From Candidatus Latescibacterota bacterium (lineage in GTDB: Bacteria > Latescibacterota > UBA2968 > UBA8231), in the NCBI GenBank assembly GCA_965206595.1, contig OZ242214.1, forward strand, positions 3,104,001 to 3,168,000: a DNA stretch of 64,000 nucleotides, written 5' to 3'. The translations under genes were made by a program, and so were the position numbers. Every line of letters begins with the position of its first letter. Position 1 is the stretch's first letter. Positions 19,087 through 28,616 of the stretch are shown here, piece by piece. The notes under the pieces are model-generated. The model was given only the letters and a program-made list of their open reading frames with translations. It did not search any database and was not told the origin of the DNA.

Positions 19087-20150
19087 TTCACCATTACCTC
19101 GTAGACCTTGACGCGCCTGGCCTTTCCCTCGGGGCCCTCGACGTTCAGGGTCACCACGAACGCCCCGGCTTCGCCGTACTGGTGGATCGGGTGCTGCTCG
19201 TTCGAGGTCGTGTCGTCGCCGAAATCCCACGACCAGGAGGTGATTTCGCCGCGGGAGCGGTCGGTGAAGGCGACCATGCGGCGGTCCATGTCGACGACGC
19301 TGTAGCCGTACTCCGCCTCGAGCGGTTTGAGGTACTCCGGCTCCAGGGGCATCAGCCGGAAGGCGCACAGGTTCGAGGCGTTGTTGTCCATGCGGGTCTC
19401 GTGGGACAGGTTCCAGAACCCCTCGTACTCCGTGTTGTCCTCGTCGTAGTCGAGGATCGACCAGGAGAGCGCGATCAGGCCGTTCTCCACCAGCTGCGAG
19501 ACGCTGGCCCGCTCCGGTCCGTCGAAGGGGGCGTAGTCGAACGGGGTGATCCAGCACTCGAGCACGAGGTTGCCGCTCTCCCCCTCCTTGAAGTCGTAGG
19601 AATAGGCGTGGTTGGCGTACGGGAGCTTGCCGATCCAGGGCTGGCAGCCCCAGACGAAGACCCAGTCCCGCCCCTCCCCGGGGGGCGTGAAGATGTGGTA
19701 GTTCTGGGCGTGCACCCCCTTGAACAGAAAGTGGCTCTCCCAGGGGTCCTCGATCTGCGGGTTTGTGATGTTCGGCCCTCCCGAGCGGTCGGCGTCGACG
19801 GCGATCTCGAAGAGGTCGCCGCGGGCGTAGTACATGTTCCAGAAATCGTCGTACGCCTCGTACAGGAAGTAGAGGCGGTTGAGGCCCTTGACCCAGCCGA
19901 CGCGCACCCTGACATCGAGGTCATCCGGGTCGTGGTCAGTCCCCTTCCCCATCACCGTGTCGGACACCTGGTCGGTGCCATAGACGTACTCCTCGGGGAC
20001 CATCTCCCAGTCGTCGATGCGGCCGTCGACGCGGGGGATCATGTCCGCGGGGAACTGGAAGATCTTGAACTCGGTGCCGGTGCGCTGCAGCGCCTCGGAA
20101 GCGGTCGCGCCGACCAGTAGGGCCGCCAGCATGCAGAGTACTTGCTTCAT
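19083..20150 (-). CDS. Secreted protein with a DOMON/CBM9-like N-domain and a C-terminal PKD domain
   Basis: Signal peptide MKQVLCMLAALLVGATASEA, PRVDGRIDDW, C-terminal FTDRS..SWSWDFGD..EQHPIHQY..VTLNV. Confidence 0.8.
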   Translation of the reverse strand: MKQVLCMLAALLVGATASEALQRTGTEFKIFQFPADMIPRVDGRIDDWEMVPEEYVYGTDQVSDTVMGKGTDHDPDDLDVRVRVGWVKGLNRLYFLYEAYDDFWNMYYARGDLFEIAVDADRSGGPNITNPQIEDPWESHFLFKGVHAQNYHIFTPPGEGRDWVFVWGCQPWIGKLPYANHAYSYDFKEGESGNLVLECWITPFDYAPFDGPERASVSQLVENGLIALSWSILDYDEDNTEYEGFWNLSHETRMDNNASNLCAFRLMPLEPEYLKPLEAEYGYSVVDMDRRMVAFTDRSRGEITSWSWDFGDDTTSNEQHPIHQYGEAGAFVVTLNVEGPEGKARRVKVYEVMVK

Positions 20151-20311
20151 CGATTCTGTTCCTTTCAGGTCCTTGTGGGATGACTCGCGGGGATTTCAAT
20201 CTGGTTCCAGGCTGTCTATTTAATCGATCCGGAGGCGTACAAGATAACAAACGGCAGCTGCCTTATTCGTCGCAGATGCCGCCGCCCAAATGCAAATGCT
20301 GACACCACACC

Positions 20312-20939
20312 TCAGGCAGGTGTGCCCGCGGACCGGACTTCGCAACGAAGGGTGCGAACCCTTGCCGCCAGTTCGCGGATGCGCGCCTGCAGATCGCCGA
20401 TCATGCCCGACAGGTCGAGCGCGGCGACTTCGAGTCGTTTCCCGGCGTGGCGAACCCGGTGCACTACATCTTCCGCTTCGCCCCCGGCATAAACAAGCAG
20501 GCCTCCAGGCAGATCCAACGCGGTGGCGTAAGCGAGGAGCTGGTACAGGTCGGCGTTGGGAACGCGCTCATCATGGACCCGCTTGTACTTGGCGTCACCG
20601 ACGAATCTGCAGGTGCGCCGCGGAGACGAGGGCGGGAGCCAGCGCCTCGACCAGGGTGGGCGCATCCTCGAAGTCGAAACGGTCCTCCCGCAAACGGATC
20701 CCGTCCATTGCGAAAGAAGCCAGGTAGAGCACGCGCGCGATCGGCAGCTTGGGACGGATTGCGACCGAGAGATCCCCGATTTCGAGCGCACCTATGGTGG
20801 AACCGGGCGTCAGGTGGTACTCGTTCTTCGTCCCGGCTGCCGGCTCGACGGCGACGATGTCGAGGAGCGCGTCTCGTTGGGAAGCTGAGAGCTGTACCGC
20901 TTCGCTTTTCTCGTGCTCCTTCAGGTCAAGCTTCGTCAT
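20312..20939 (-). pseudogene. mcrC: McrC nuclease subunit with an internal deletion
   Basis: N-terminal part (TPGSTIGAL..IRPKLPIARVLYL) joined out of frame at ~20615 to the C-terminal TCRFVGDAKYK..NADLYQLLAYATAL. Confidence 0.8.
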
Positions 20940-22524
20940 TGTCCGGGGCCGCGCCCTCTGGCGGTTCCTCATCGTCCTGCTCCGTGGCGCTCTCCCGTCC
21001 GAGCCTATCGAGATCGAACTCTTCGAGGCGATCGCGTTCCCCGTAGAGGCGCTCTTCGATGTAAGGAAGGACATTGTGCTCCCAGATCATGCCGGCCTTG
21101 TCGTCGTCGAGCCCGCGCTTCATGAAGTAGCTCGGGCCGATGGATGCCTGCCGGTCGTCCAGCTTCTCGTTCGCCAGTTCGACCGCGTCCACCACCCAAA
21201 GCATTTGAGGCGCATGCTTCTCCAGCCAACGCCTGAGCAGGCCCTGTACTGGCGGCTTGTCAGGATGGAACTCCACGAAATGGAAGCGGCGGCGCAGGGC
21301 GAGATCGACGAGGGCGATGGAGCGGTCGGCGGTGTTCATCGTACCGATGATGTAGAGGTTTTCGGGCAGGGCGAAGGACTCGTTGGAATATTGCAGGCGT
21401 ATCGGCTCAGCCCGGTACTCCAGCAGGAAGTAGAGCTCGCCGAACACCTTGGCGAGGTTGCCCCGGTTGATCTCGTCGATGACGAGGAAGTGGTTGGAAT
21501 TTCGATCGGACCGGGCCGCTTTGGCCGCCTGGAGCAGAGGTCCGTTTCGCAGTTCGAAGCCGGGGTGTCCGTCGACAAGCCCGGGCCGGAAGCCCTGGAC
21601 AAAGTCCTCGTACGCGTAGGACGGATGGAACTGCACCAGCGTAACGCGCTCCTCCGCCCCGGCGAGGCAGTTCGCCAGCTTCTTCGCGGCGTAAGTCTTG
21701 CCGGTGCCCGGCGGTCCCTGAAAGATGACCTGCCGTTTGTCGTCGAGCAGTTTCTCGATCTTTCGAAGCTCTGCGACGTCGAACAACAATTCCGTAGCCA
21801 GCGCTTCTAGGTCGGGCGCTGATTCTGTGGAATCGATTGGTACCTCTGCCTCCCCATCCCCTGTCTCGGCGCCATCGTCATCCAGTGTATCCGGTTGACT
21901 GTCGTTTCTGATTACCCAAACCACCGACTGCGCTTCGAGAGGGGTGCCGGGTCTTTCAAGGCCCTTCTCACGCGCTTTCTCAACTACAAGTTCGAGGAAG
22001 CTCAAGGCATGCTCGTACCGTTCCGCTTCATCTGCACCCTGTGGATGCCCGGGATACCCGGTGCGTTTGTACGCATTTGAGAACACCCTCTCCCTGTATG
22101 GCGGATATTGGTCTGGGTCCATCGCCATAAGCAGAACGGAGATAAAGTTCAAGCGGGTCCCCGTTCCACTGAGTACCTCATCTGGAAACTGGATTGAGAA
22201 GGAGCGGATGCGCGCACCAAAACCTTTCTCCCCCACGGACCACATGGCATGAAGCGCTGCCGCTGCTTCCTCCGTGTGCCCATCGAGCCAGCGGCGGACG
22301 CTTTGGCCAGGTCGCCAGTTGATCAGGTTGTTCCGATTTGGACTGATCGCAGCCTTAAGTTGCTTGAGCCAACTGCCGTCTCCCACAAGCAGGGCGTCCC
22401 GCGTCGAGGCCAGGTTTTTTCCTATCTCACGCTTGTAAACTATCTCCTCTTTATCCAGCCGACCGCTATCGACATACTGCCGCACATCCTCGATGAAACC
22501 ATCCCACTTGCTGCCTTCGGTCAT
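20926..22524 (-). CDS. mcrB: McrB-family AAA+ GTPase (type IV restriction)
   Basis: QGPPGTGKTY, VQFHPSYAYEDFVQG, IDEINRGN, McrB signature MNTADRS, ALRRRF. Confidence 0.93.
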   Translation of the reverse strand: MTEGSKWDGFIEDVRQYVDSGRLDKEEIVYKREIGKNLASTRDALLVGDGSWLKQLKAAISPNRNNLINWRPGQSVRRWLDGHTEEAAAALHAMWSVGEKGFGARIRSFSIQFPDEVLSGTGTRLNFISVLLMAMDPDQYPPYRERVFSNAYKRTGYPGHPQGADEAERYEHALSFLELVVEKAREKGLERPGTPLEAQSVVWVIRNDSQPDTLDDDGAETGDGEAEVPIDSTESAPDLEALATELLFDVAELRKIEKLLDDKRQVIFQGPPGTGKTYAAKKLANCLAGAEERVTLVQFHPSYAYEDFVQGFRPGLVDGHPGFELRNGPLLQAAKAARSDRNSNHFLVIDEINRGNLAKVFGELYFLLEYRAEPIRLQYSNESFALPENLYIIGTMNTADRSIALVDLALRRRFHFVEFHPDKPPVQGLLRRWLEKHAPQMLWVVDAVELANEKLDDRQASIGPSYFMKRGLDDDKAGMIWEHNVLPYIEERLYGERDRLEEFDLDRLGRESATEQDDEEPPEGAAPDNDEA

Positions 22525-22730
22525 GATTCCCTCCTCAAGCCGGACTGCACTCGCCGCCCAAGGGCCAGCCGGCCAAATTGGTTGTTTACAGATCCAGCAC
22601 GTTCCGCTCCCATGAGCAACAAGCACGAATCCTGACCAGGGAACCAGTCACCCTTCCAGTGTCGGCGGACATCAAGGCCTCCATCCCTGGGCGCGGGCCA
22701 GTTCCGGGTTCGCCGTTTTCCCCGAACACC

Positions 22731-24134
22731 CTACATGACCGGCATGTCGGGCGGCCGCCAGGAGCTGGTGCGCGGGTTCCAGCGGCTGCCGCAGGTCTCG
22801 CTGATCACCGTCCACTCGCCCGGGGTCAGGTGGCCCATGTGGTGGAAGAGGAAGCGCTGCAGGCCCCCCTCCCGCGCCGCCTCCAACAGCTGCCGGAGAT
22901 CCCCCGCAGTCATCGGGTCGCCGTCGTGGGGATGGCGCCCGGTCTCCACCCAGGGGACGATCCTGCGCGCATCCTCCACCGCGGCAATCGCCCGCTCGGT
23001 CTCGCCGGTGACGATCTCCCGGTAGAACTCCGGGCTGAGGGCGTTCTCGAAGTCCCCGACATCCCGCACCCCCGGAAGCACGATGCCGAACAGCGCCTGC
23101 ACGACCTTCAGGGCGTCGCCTGTTTCCAGCCCCGGGTTCCACTCGCACAGGGTCTCGACGTAGCGGTAGACGGTGCCGGCGAAGCCATCGAAGCCGCGGT
23201 GCCAGAAGTAGAACTTGGGCAGCAGGAAGTCCATGAACCCGGCCAAGCGGGCAGCATCGTACCCGCACAGCGGGGCGAAGGCGGGTGAGCGCGGCCCGAC
23301 GCCGACCTCGACGGGCCGGCCGAGCTCGGAGGCGAGCCCCTCGCGCATGAAGCGGAAGAAGGCGGTCAGCGAGTCGACCCGGAAGTTCATCCAGGCCATC
23401 AGGTCGGGATCGGCGCCGAGCAGGTGGTACCCGCCGAGCAGGCCGCCGGCTCCGTGCAGGCGGACCCGTTTCGGGTCGAGGTCGTGCAGTTGCTCGTAAA
23501 GGCGGTCCCTGGCTCCCGTGAGGGCGGCGTAGTCGTACCCGAGACGGGAGCACAGCGGGGCGGTGCTCAGCGGCAGGTCGTCGAAGATGAAGGAGCGCCG
23601 GTTCATATGGTGCGGGGCGATCTCGTACCCCCACTCCGGACCGTCCATGATGGCCCCGTCCGCGGCCGGAAACTGCTCGAGCGTATCCACCGCCCGGGCC
23701 AGGCGCGCCCGCATGCTCTTCTCGTCCTCGAAGTGGTGGCCATCCCCTCCCGGACCGGCGCCGCTGTCAGCGTAGATGATGTAAACGGACAGCCCCCGGT
23801 CCCTGGCCGCATTCAGCGTCCTGTCGAGCAGAGCCCGCTGTTCCGGCAGGGCATGCTCCGGAGGCGGAGGAGGCTCGACGCCGAAACGCTCGTACACCTT
23901 GGGATCGGGATCGAACACCGCGACCGGGGCCCCCTCTTCCGTGGAGGGTGCCACGGCGACGCCGTCGGTGAGGTCGTCCTCGGGCAGCCCCCCCTTGCCG
24001 AGAGTGCGGACGCTGAAGGCCAGGGGGCCGACGGCGAGGGCCTCCACACCCCCCTCCGCCCAGGCGTCGAGGATGCGCTCGTGATCGTTCATCAGGAGCT
24101 CGAGGTCGCGCATAACCGCCATCCACAGTTTCAT
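22731..24134 (-). CDS. Hypothetical protein, possibly a glycoside-hydrolase-like TIM barrel
   Basis: 467-aa ORF with host-like codon use; DGAIMDGPEWGYE, DFLLPKFY. Confidence 0.6.
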   Translation of the reverse strand: MKLWMAVMRDLELLMNDHERILDAWAEGGVEALAVGPLAFSVRTLGKGGLPEDDLTDGVAVAPSTEEGAPVAVFDPDPKVYERFGVEPPPPPEHALPEQRALLDRTLNAARDRGLSVYIIYADSGAGPGGDGHHFEDEKSMRARLARAVDTLEQFPAADGAIMDGPEWGYEIAPHHMNRRSFIFDDLPLSTAPLCSRLGYDYAALTGARDRLYEQLHDLDPKRVRLHGAGGLLGGYHLLGADPDLMAWMNFRVDSLTAFFRFMREGLASELGRPVEVGVGPRSPAFAPLCGYDAARLAGFMDFLLPKFYFWHRGFDGFAGTVYRYVETLCEWNPGLETGDALKVVQALFGIVLPGVRDVGDFENALSPEFYREIVTGETERAIAAVEDARRIVPWVETGRHPHDGDPMTAGDLRQLLEAAREGGLQRFLFHHMGHLTPGEWTVISETCGSRWNPRTSSWRPPDMPVM

Positions 24135-24255
24135 CGGCCGCCTCTCTTTCCAGGGGGGATTGCGTCGCTTTCCCGATCTTTCGGGGGCTCTATATTACCC
24201 GGCCTTCGCGGCCCCTTCCAGCGGCCGTTCCCCTCGCTCCGGGAGCCATCGACCC

Positions 24256-25032
24256 ATGCATATCGCCGTATTCGGCGCCGCCGGCTGGCTCGGCCGCGCC
24301 CTCCTCGGCAACCTGAAGGAGAAGCACACCGTCCGCGCCGTCGACCGCTCCCCGGATGCCTGGGGGGCCTGGGAGGACATCGACGGAACCTGGGAGGGAG
24401 AGGTCGTTCACGGGGAGATCACGGACTTCGCTTCCGTGGATGCCGCACTCGAGGGGATGGACGCCGCGGTCCACGCGACCGCCTTCTTCCCCGCGGACCG
24501 CCCTGCCGAGGAAGAGGCCGAGACCGCCTTCGCCGTCAACGTGCGCGGCCTGTGGAACTTCCTCGAAGCGGCCCGCCGCCGCGGCCTCAAGCGGGTCGTC
24601 CACGTCGGCTCCTGTCAGAGCCGGCACCCGGACGGCCGCTTCTTCACCGCGGAAATGCGCCGGCCCGACGCCTCCCTCTACGCCGTGACCAAGCGGCTGC
24701 AGGAGGAGATGTGCCGCCAGTACCACGAGGGCCACGGCCTCTCCATCGCCGTCATGCGCCCCGACTACATAGTCGACAGCCGCATCGGCAGGGGCCGCTT
24801 CCGCGAGCAGCTGGAAAAGTCCCACCTGGGAAGCAGCGGATGGGTCTGCCGGCACGATCTGGCGGATGCCTGCAGGCTCGCCCTCGAGTCGGAGAACATC
24901 CAATTCGACATCTTTCACACGGTGGGCGAACCCGAGGCGGACGCGACCTGCGACGTCGCCCGCTCCCGCGAGGTCCTGGGGCTGACGTACCGGGGGGATC
25001 TCGCCCAGTATCGGACCGAAGCGAACCCGTAA
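24256..25032 (+). CDS. NAD-dependent epimerase/dehydratase
   Basis: IAVFGAAGWLG, NVRG, YAVTK. Confidence 0.85.
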   Translation: MHIAVFGAAGWLGRALLGNLKEKHTVRAVDRSPDAWGAWEDIDGTWEGEVVHGEITDFASVDAALEGMDAAVHATAFFPADRPAEEEAETAFAVNVRGLWNFLEAARRRGLKRVVHVGSCQSRHPDGRFFTAEMRRPDASLYAVTKRLQEEMCRQYHEGHGLSIAVMRPDYIVDSRIGRGRFREQLEKSHLGSSGWVCRHDLADACRLALESENIQFDIFHTVGEPEADATCDVARSREVLGLTYRGDLAQYRTEANP

Positions 25033-25049
25033 CCGAACGGAGACCCGAC

Positions 25050-25880
25050 ATGCCGCAGCGCGCCGACGCCCACATCCACCTGTTCGAGCACAGCCTGCAG
25101 GGCACCTTCCCAACCCGGCCGGGGGTGCAGATCGACGAGGCCGCCTGCTACGACTCGCTGGCCGGGGAGCACGACGTCGCCGCGGCCCTGATCGTCTGCT
25201 ACAGGGGGGACCGAAACGAGGGGAACAACGAATACGTCGCCGGACTGAAACCGAAGTACGACTGGATCCGGCCGGCGGCCCACGTCGACCCGGGGGACCC
25301 GCCGCCGCTCGAAACTCTCGCGAAATGGCAGGACCAGGGGTTCGTCGGCCTGGTGATGTACGTCGACCCGGGGAACGTCACCGGGTTGCAGACCTTCCCC
25401 GACGAGATCTGGGAATGGATGGTCGCGCGGAACTGGCTGCTCAGCGTCAACTCCAAGGGGGAGCCCTGGTCGGCCTGGCACGGCGTGCTCGAGCGCCACC
25501 CGCGGCTGCGCCTGGTGATGTCCCACCTCGGCCTGCCGGATCGGGTCGCCTCTCCCATCGGCCCGGAGCAGGCGCGGTCGGGGCTGAGCCTCCAGACCGG
25601 CCTGGCCCGCTATCCGGAAGTGCGCGTCAAGCTCAGCGGATTCTACGCCCTCACCGAACCGATGTACGACTACCCCCACGAGCTCGCCTGGCCCTACGTC
25701 GAGGTGCTGATCGAGGCGTTCGGCGTCGAGCGGCTGCTGTGGGCATCCGATTTCACCCCCCACCTCAACCACCAGACCTTCCCGCAGACCCTCGGGCTGT
25801 TGTGGAAGATGCCCTTCCTCGGCGACGGCGACCGCGACCGCATCGCCGGGGAGAACCTGCTCGAGCTGCTGGAAGGCTGA
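25050..25880 (+). CDS. Amidohydrolase_2-family protein (sugar-lactonase-like)
   Basis: DAHIH, SHLGLP, VKLSG, FGVERLLWASDF, GEN. Confidence 0.85.
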   Translation: MPQRADAHIHLFEHSLQGTFPTRPGVQIDEAACYDSLAGEHDVAAALIVCYRGDRNEGNNEYVAGLKPKYDWIRPAAHVDPGDPPPLETLAKWQDQGFVGLVMYVDPGNVTGLQTFPDEIWEWMVARNWLLSVNSKGEPWSAWHGVLERHPRLRLVMSHLGLPDRVASPIGPEQARSGLSLQTGLARYPEVRVKLSGFYALTEPMYDYPHELAWPYVEVLIEAFGVERLLWASDFTPHLNHQTFPQTLGLLWKMPFLGDGDRDRIAGENLLELLEG

Positions 25881-25926
25881 AGCCCTCCCGCAGGCGCAAG
25901 GCAGAACCGATCAGGAAAGGAGCCCC

Positions 25927-27189
25927 ATGAAAGTCACCGCAGTCGAACGCATCGTCGTCGACGTCCCCTTCACCCCGCGCCAGCAGGAGATCACGCGCCA
26001 GTCGGTCTACAACTGGTCGATTCTCGAGCTGTGCAAGGTCGTCACCGACAGCGGCCACGTCGGCTGGGGGGAAACCGTCATCCACTACACCTACGGCCGC
26101 GTCACCGACGACACGGTCGCCCGGGCCATCGGGCGCAGCCCCGCGGAGCTGATGAACGAGGACGGCCTCGGCGCCGGCCTGCAGATGGCGCTCTTCGACG
26201 CCGTCGGCAAGATCCTCGAGGTGCCCGTGCATCAGCTGATCGGGCCCAAGGTGCGGGACCGGACCCCGATCTCCTGGTGGTGCAGCCACTCCTCGCCGGA
26301 GAACTGGGCCGCGGAGGCGGCCGCAGCGGTGGAGCACGGGTACACGAGTCTCAAGAACAAGCCGCGGCCCTGGACCGACATCGTCGCCCAGGTCGACGCC
26401 ATCTGCAAGGTGGTGCCGCCGCACTTCCACCTCGACCTCGATCCCAACGGCTCCTGGGAGAACTCCGCCACCGCCGTCCCGATCATGAAGCGGCTCGAGC
26501 GCTTCGAGAACGTCGCCATGTTCGAGACCCCGATACCGCAGGAGGACATCCTCGGCAACCGCCAGATCCGCCGGGCGGTCAACAGACCTGTGGCCATGCA
26601 CTTCGGTTCGCCGCCGTTCACCACCGCGGTGCGGGAGGAGGTATGCGACGGCTTCGTGATCGGCGGCGGCAAGTCCAACACCGTCCACCAGGGAACCTGC
26701 GCCGCCGAAGTCTCGATGCCGTTCTGGCTGCAGATCGTCGGCAACGGACTGACCACCACCTGGGACGCCCATCTCGGGGCGGTGCTGACCCACGCCAAGT
26801 GGCCGGCGATCAGCTGCATCAACCTTTACAGCCACCACCTGCTGACCGAGCCGGTGCGCGTGGTCAACGGCCACCAGCGCGTCCCGGACGGCCCCGGCCT
26901 CGGCGTCGAGGTGGACGAGGAGGCGGTCCAGCGCTTCCGGGTGCCGCAGGAGGTCCTCGACGAGCACGCGAGCCGGGGGGAGCTGTTCATCCACCCGAAA
27001 CCGCGGCTGATCAACGCCGTCGTCTACCCGGACGGCACTTGCATTTACATGGACGGCCTGGCGGCCCCGGGCACCTACGTAGAGGGGGTGCGCACCGAGA
27101 TTCTCGACGACGACGACTCGAAGGAATGGCGGGAGCTGCACGGGCGGGTGCAGCGGGAAGGGCAGGTGGTCAGCCGCTGGGAGGGGTGA
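25927..27189 (+). CDS. Mandelate racemase/muconate-lactonizing enolase-superfamily enzyme
   Basis: GWGET, MALFDAVGK, KNK, DPN, FETP, PDGPGLGVEVDE. Confidence 0.85.
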   Translation: MKVTAVERIVVDVPFTPRQQEITRQSVYNWSILELCKVVTDSGHVGWGETVIHYTYGRVTDDTVARAIGRSPAELMNEDGLGAGLQMALFDAVGKILEVPVHQLIGPKVRDRTPISWWCSHSSPENWAAEAAAAVEHGYTSLKNKPRPWTDIVAQVDAICKVVPPHFHLDLDPNGSWENSATAVPIMKRLERFENVAMFETPIPQEDILGNRQIRRAVNRPVAMHFGSPPFTTAVREEVCDGFVIGGGKSNTVHQGTCAAEVSMPFWLQIVGNGLTTTWDAHLGAVLTHAKWPAISCINLYSHHLLTEPVRVVNGHQRVPDGPGLGVEVDEEAVQRFRVPQEVLDEHASRGELFIHPKPRLINAVVYPDGTCIYMDGLAAPGTYVEGVRTEILDDDDSKEWRELHGRVQREGQVVSRWEG

Positions 27190-27300
27190 GGTGGCGGGGG
27201 TCGCAGAGCGCACGAGCCGGCGCCAGATCGAACGGGTGGAACCGCGGGGGGCAGTCGAAACCTGATCCATCCCCGGTAGTTTCCCGGGGGCGGTTTACGC

Positions 27301-27331
27301 TATTGAGTATTTTTACTCAGTAGTGTAATTT
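27301..27331 (+). promoter_or_regulatory. Sigma70-like promoter overlapped by a palindromic operator; probably leaderless
   Basis: TTGAGT(27303)-17 nt-TAATTT(27326); TGAGTA-TTTT-TACTCA palindrome at 27304-27319; ATG 7 nt after the -10 with no Shine-Dalgarno. Confidence 0.6.
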
Positions 27332-27338
27332 CCCGGGC

Positions 27339-28616
27339 ATGGAGCCCTTCCAACGCCCCCAGGTCGACACGCTCGTCGAGCGCCTGGCCGAGCCTGCCCG
27401 CCACATCATCGCCCTCTTCGGCCCGCGCCAGACCGGCAAGACCACCATCGCCCGCCAGGCCCTGGGCCGGATCGACCTCGAAAGCCGCTACCTCGCGGTC
27501 GACGAGCCCGAGGTCCCCGGACTCCCCGCCCCGCACGATGAGGATGCGGCCACCTTCCGACTGCACCCGGAGCGGAACTCGGAGTGGCTCGTGCGCCAGT
27601 GGGAAGGGGCCCGGCTCGAGGCGGAACGGTCGCCGCGCGGATCCGTGCTGGTCCTCGACGAGATCCAGAAGATCGAGGGGTGGTCGGAGACCGTGAAGGG
27701 GCTGTGGGACGCCGACCGCATCCGGGACTGCCCCCTGCGCGTGGTCATCCTGGGCTCGGCTCCGCTGCTCATGCAGTCGGGACTGAGCGAGAGCCTCGCC
27801 GGCCGCTTCGAGACCGTCCGCGTCACCCACTGGTCCTTCGCCGAGATGTCCGCGGCCTTCGACTTCGACCTGTCGAAATACCTCTACTTCGGGGGGTATC
27901 CGGGGGCTGCCCCCCTCGTGCGGGACCCCGACCGCTGGCGCGGTTACATCCTCGGCGCCCTCGTGGAGCCGAACATCGAGCGCGACCTCCTGGCCATGAC
28001 CCGGGTCGACAAGCCGGCCCTGCTCAAGCGGCTCTTCCAGCTGGGCGCCGACTGCTCCGGGCAGATCCTGTCATACACCAAGATGCTGGGCCAGCTCAAG
28101 GACGCCGGGAACGCCACGACCCTGGCGCGCTATCTCGACCTGCTGGCCAAGGTCGGTCTGCTCGCCGGCCTGCAGAACTACAGCGGAAGCCCCGTCTCTC
28201 GGCGGAGGTCCATCCCCAAGCTCAACGTGCTCAACACGGCCCTGATGACGGCAGACTCGGCGTACTCCTTCGAGGAGGCGCAGGCCGACCGCACCTACTG
28301 GGGCCGCATCGTCGAGAGCGCGGTGGGCGCGCATCTGTTGAACACTGCCGGGTCCGACATGCACCTGTACTACTGGCGCGACGGTCAGCACGAGGTGGAC
28401 TTCGTCCTGAAGCGGGGTGGCCGCGTCGTAGGCATCGAGGTGAAGAGCGGCAAGGAGCGGCAACCGGCGAGAGGCCGGAGGCCGTTGCCGGGCATGGCTG
28501 CCTTTGAGAAGCGCTTCAAACGCTGCCGATGCCGGCTGGTCGGCGAGGGCGGGATACCGCTCAACGAGTTCCTAACAGCGCCGGCGGATGAGTGGTTCGA
28601 GGAGGCATGGGCGTGA
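27339..28616 (+). CDS. AAA_14 ATPase with DUF4143 (wHTH plus PD-(D/E)XK-like) domain
   Basis: GPRQTGKTT, LDEIQK, LGSA, ESLAGRF, GGYP, VESAVGAHL, YYWR..EVDFV..IEVKSG. Confidence 0.9.
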   Translation: MEPFQRPQVDTLVERLAEPARHIIALFGPRQTGKTTIARQALGRIDLESRYLAVDEPEVPGLPAPHDEDAATFRLHPERNSEWLVRQWEGARLEAERSPRGSVLVLDEIQKIEGWSETVKGLWDADRIRDCPLRVVILGSAPLLMQSGLSESLAGRFETVRVTHWSFAEMSAAFDFDLSKYLYFGGYPGAAPLVRDPDRWRGYILGALVEPNIERDLLAMTRVDKPALLKRLFQLGADCSGQILSYTKMLGQLKDAGNATTLARYLDLLAKVGLLAGLQNYSGSPVSRRRSIPKLNVLNTALMTADSAYSFEEAQADRTYWGRIVESAVGAHLLNTAGSDMHLYYWRDGQHEVDFVLKRGGRVVGIEVKSGKERQPARGRRPLPGMAAFEKRFKRCRCRLVGEGGIPLNEFLTAPADEWFEEAWA

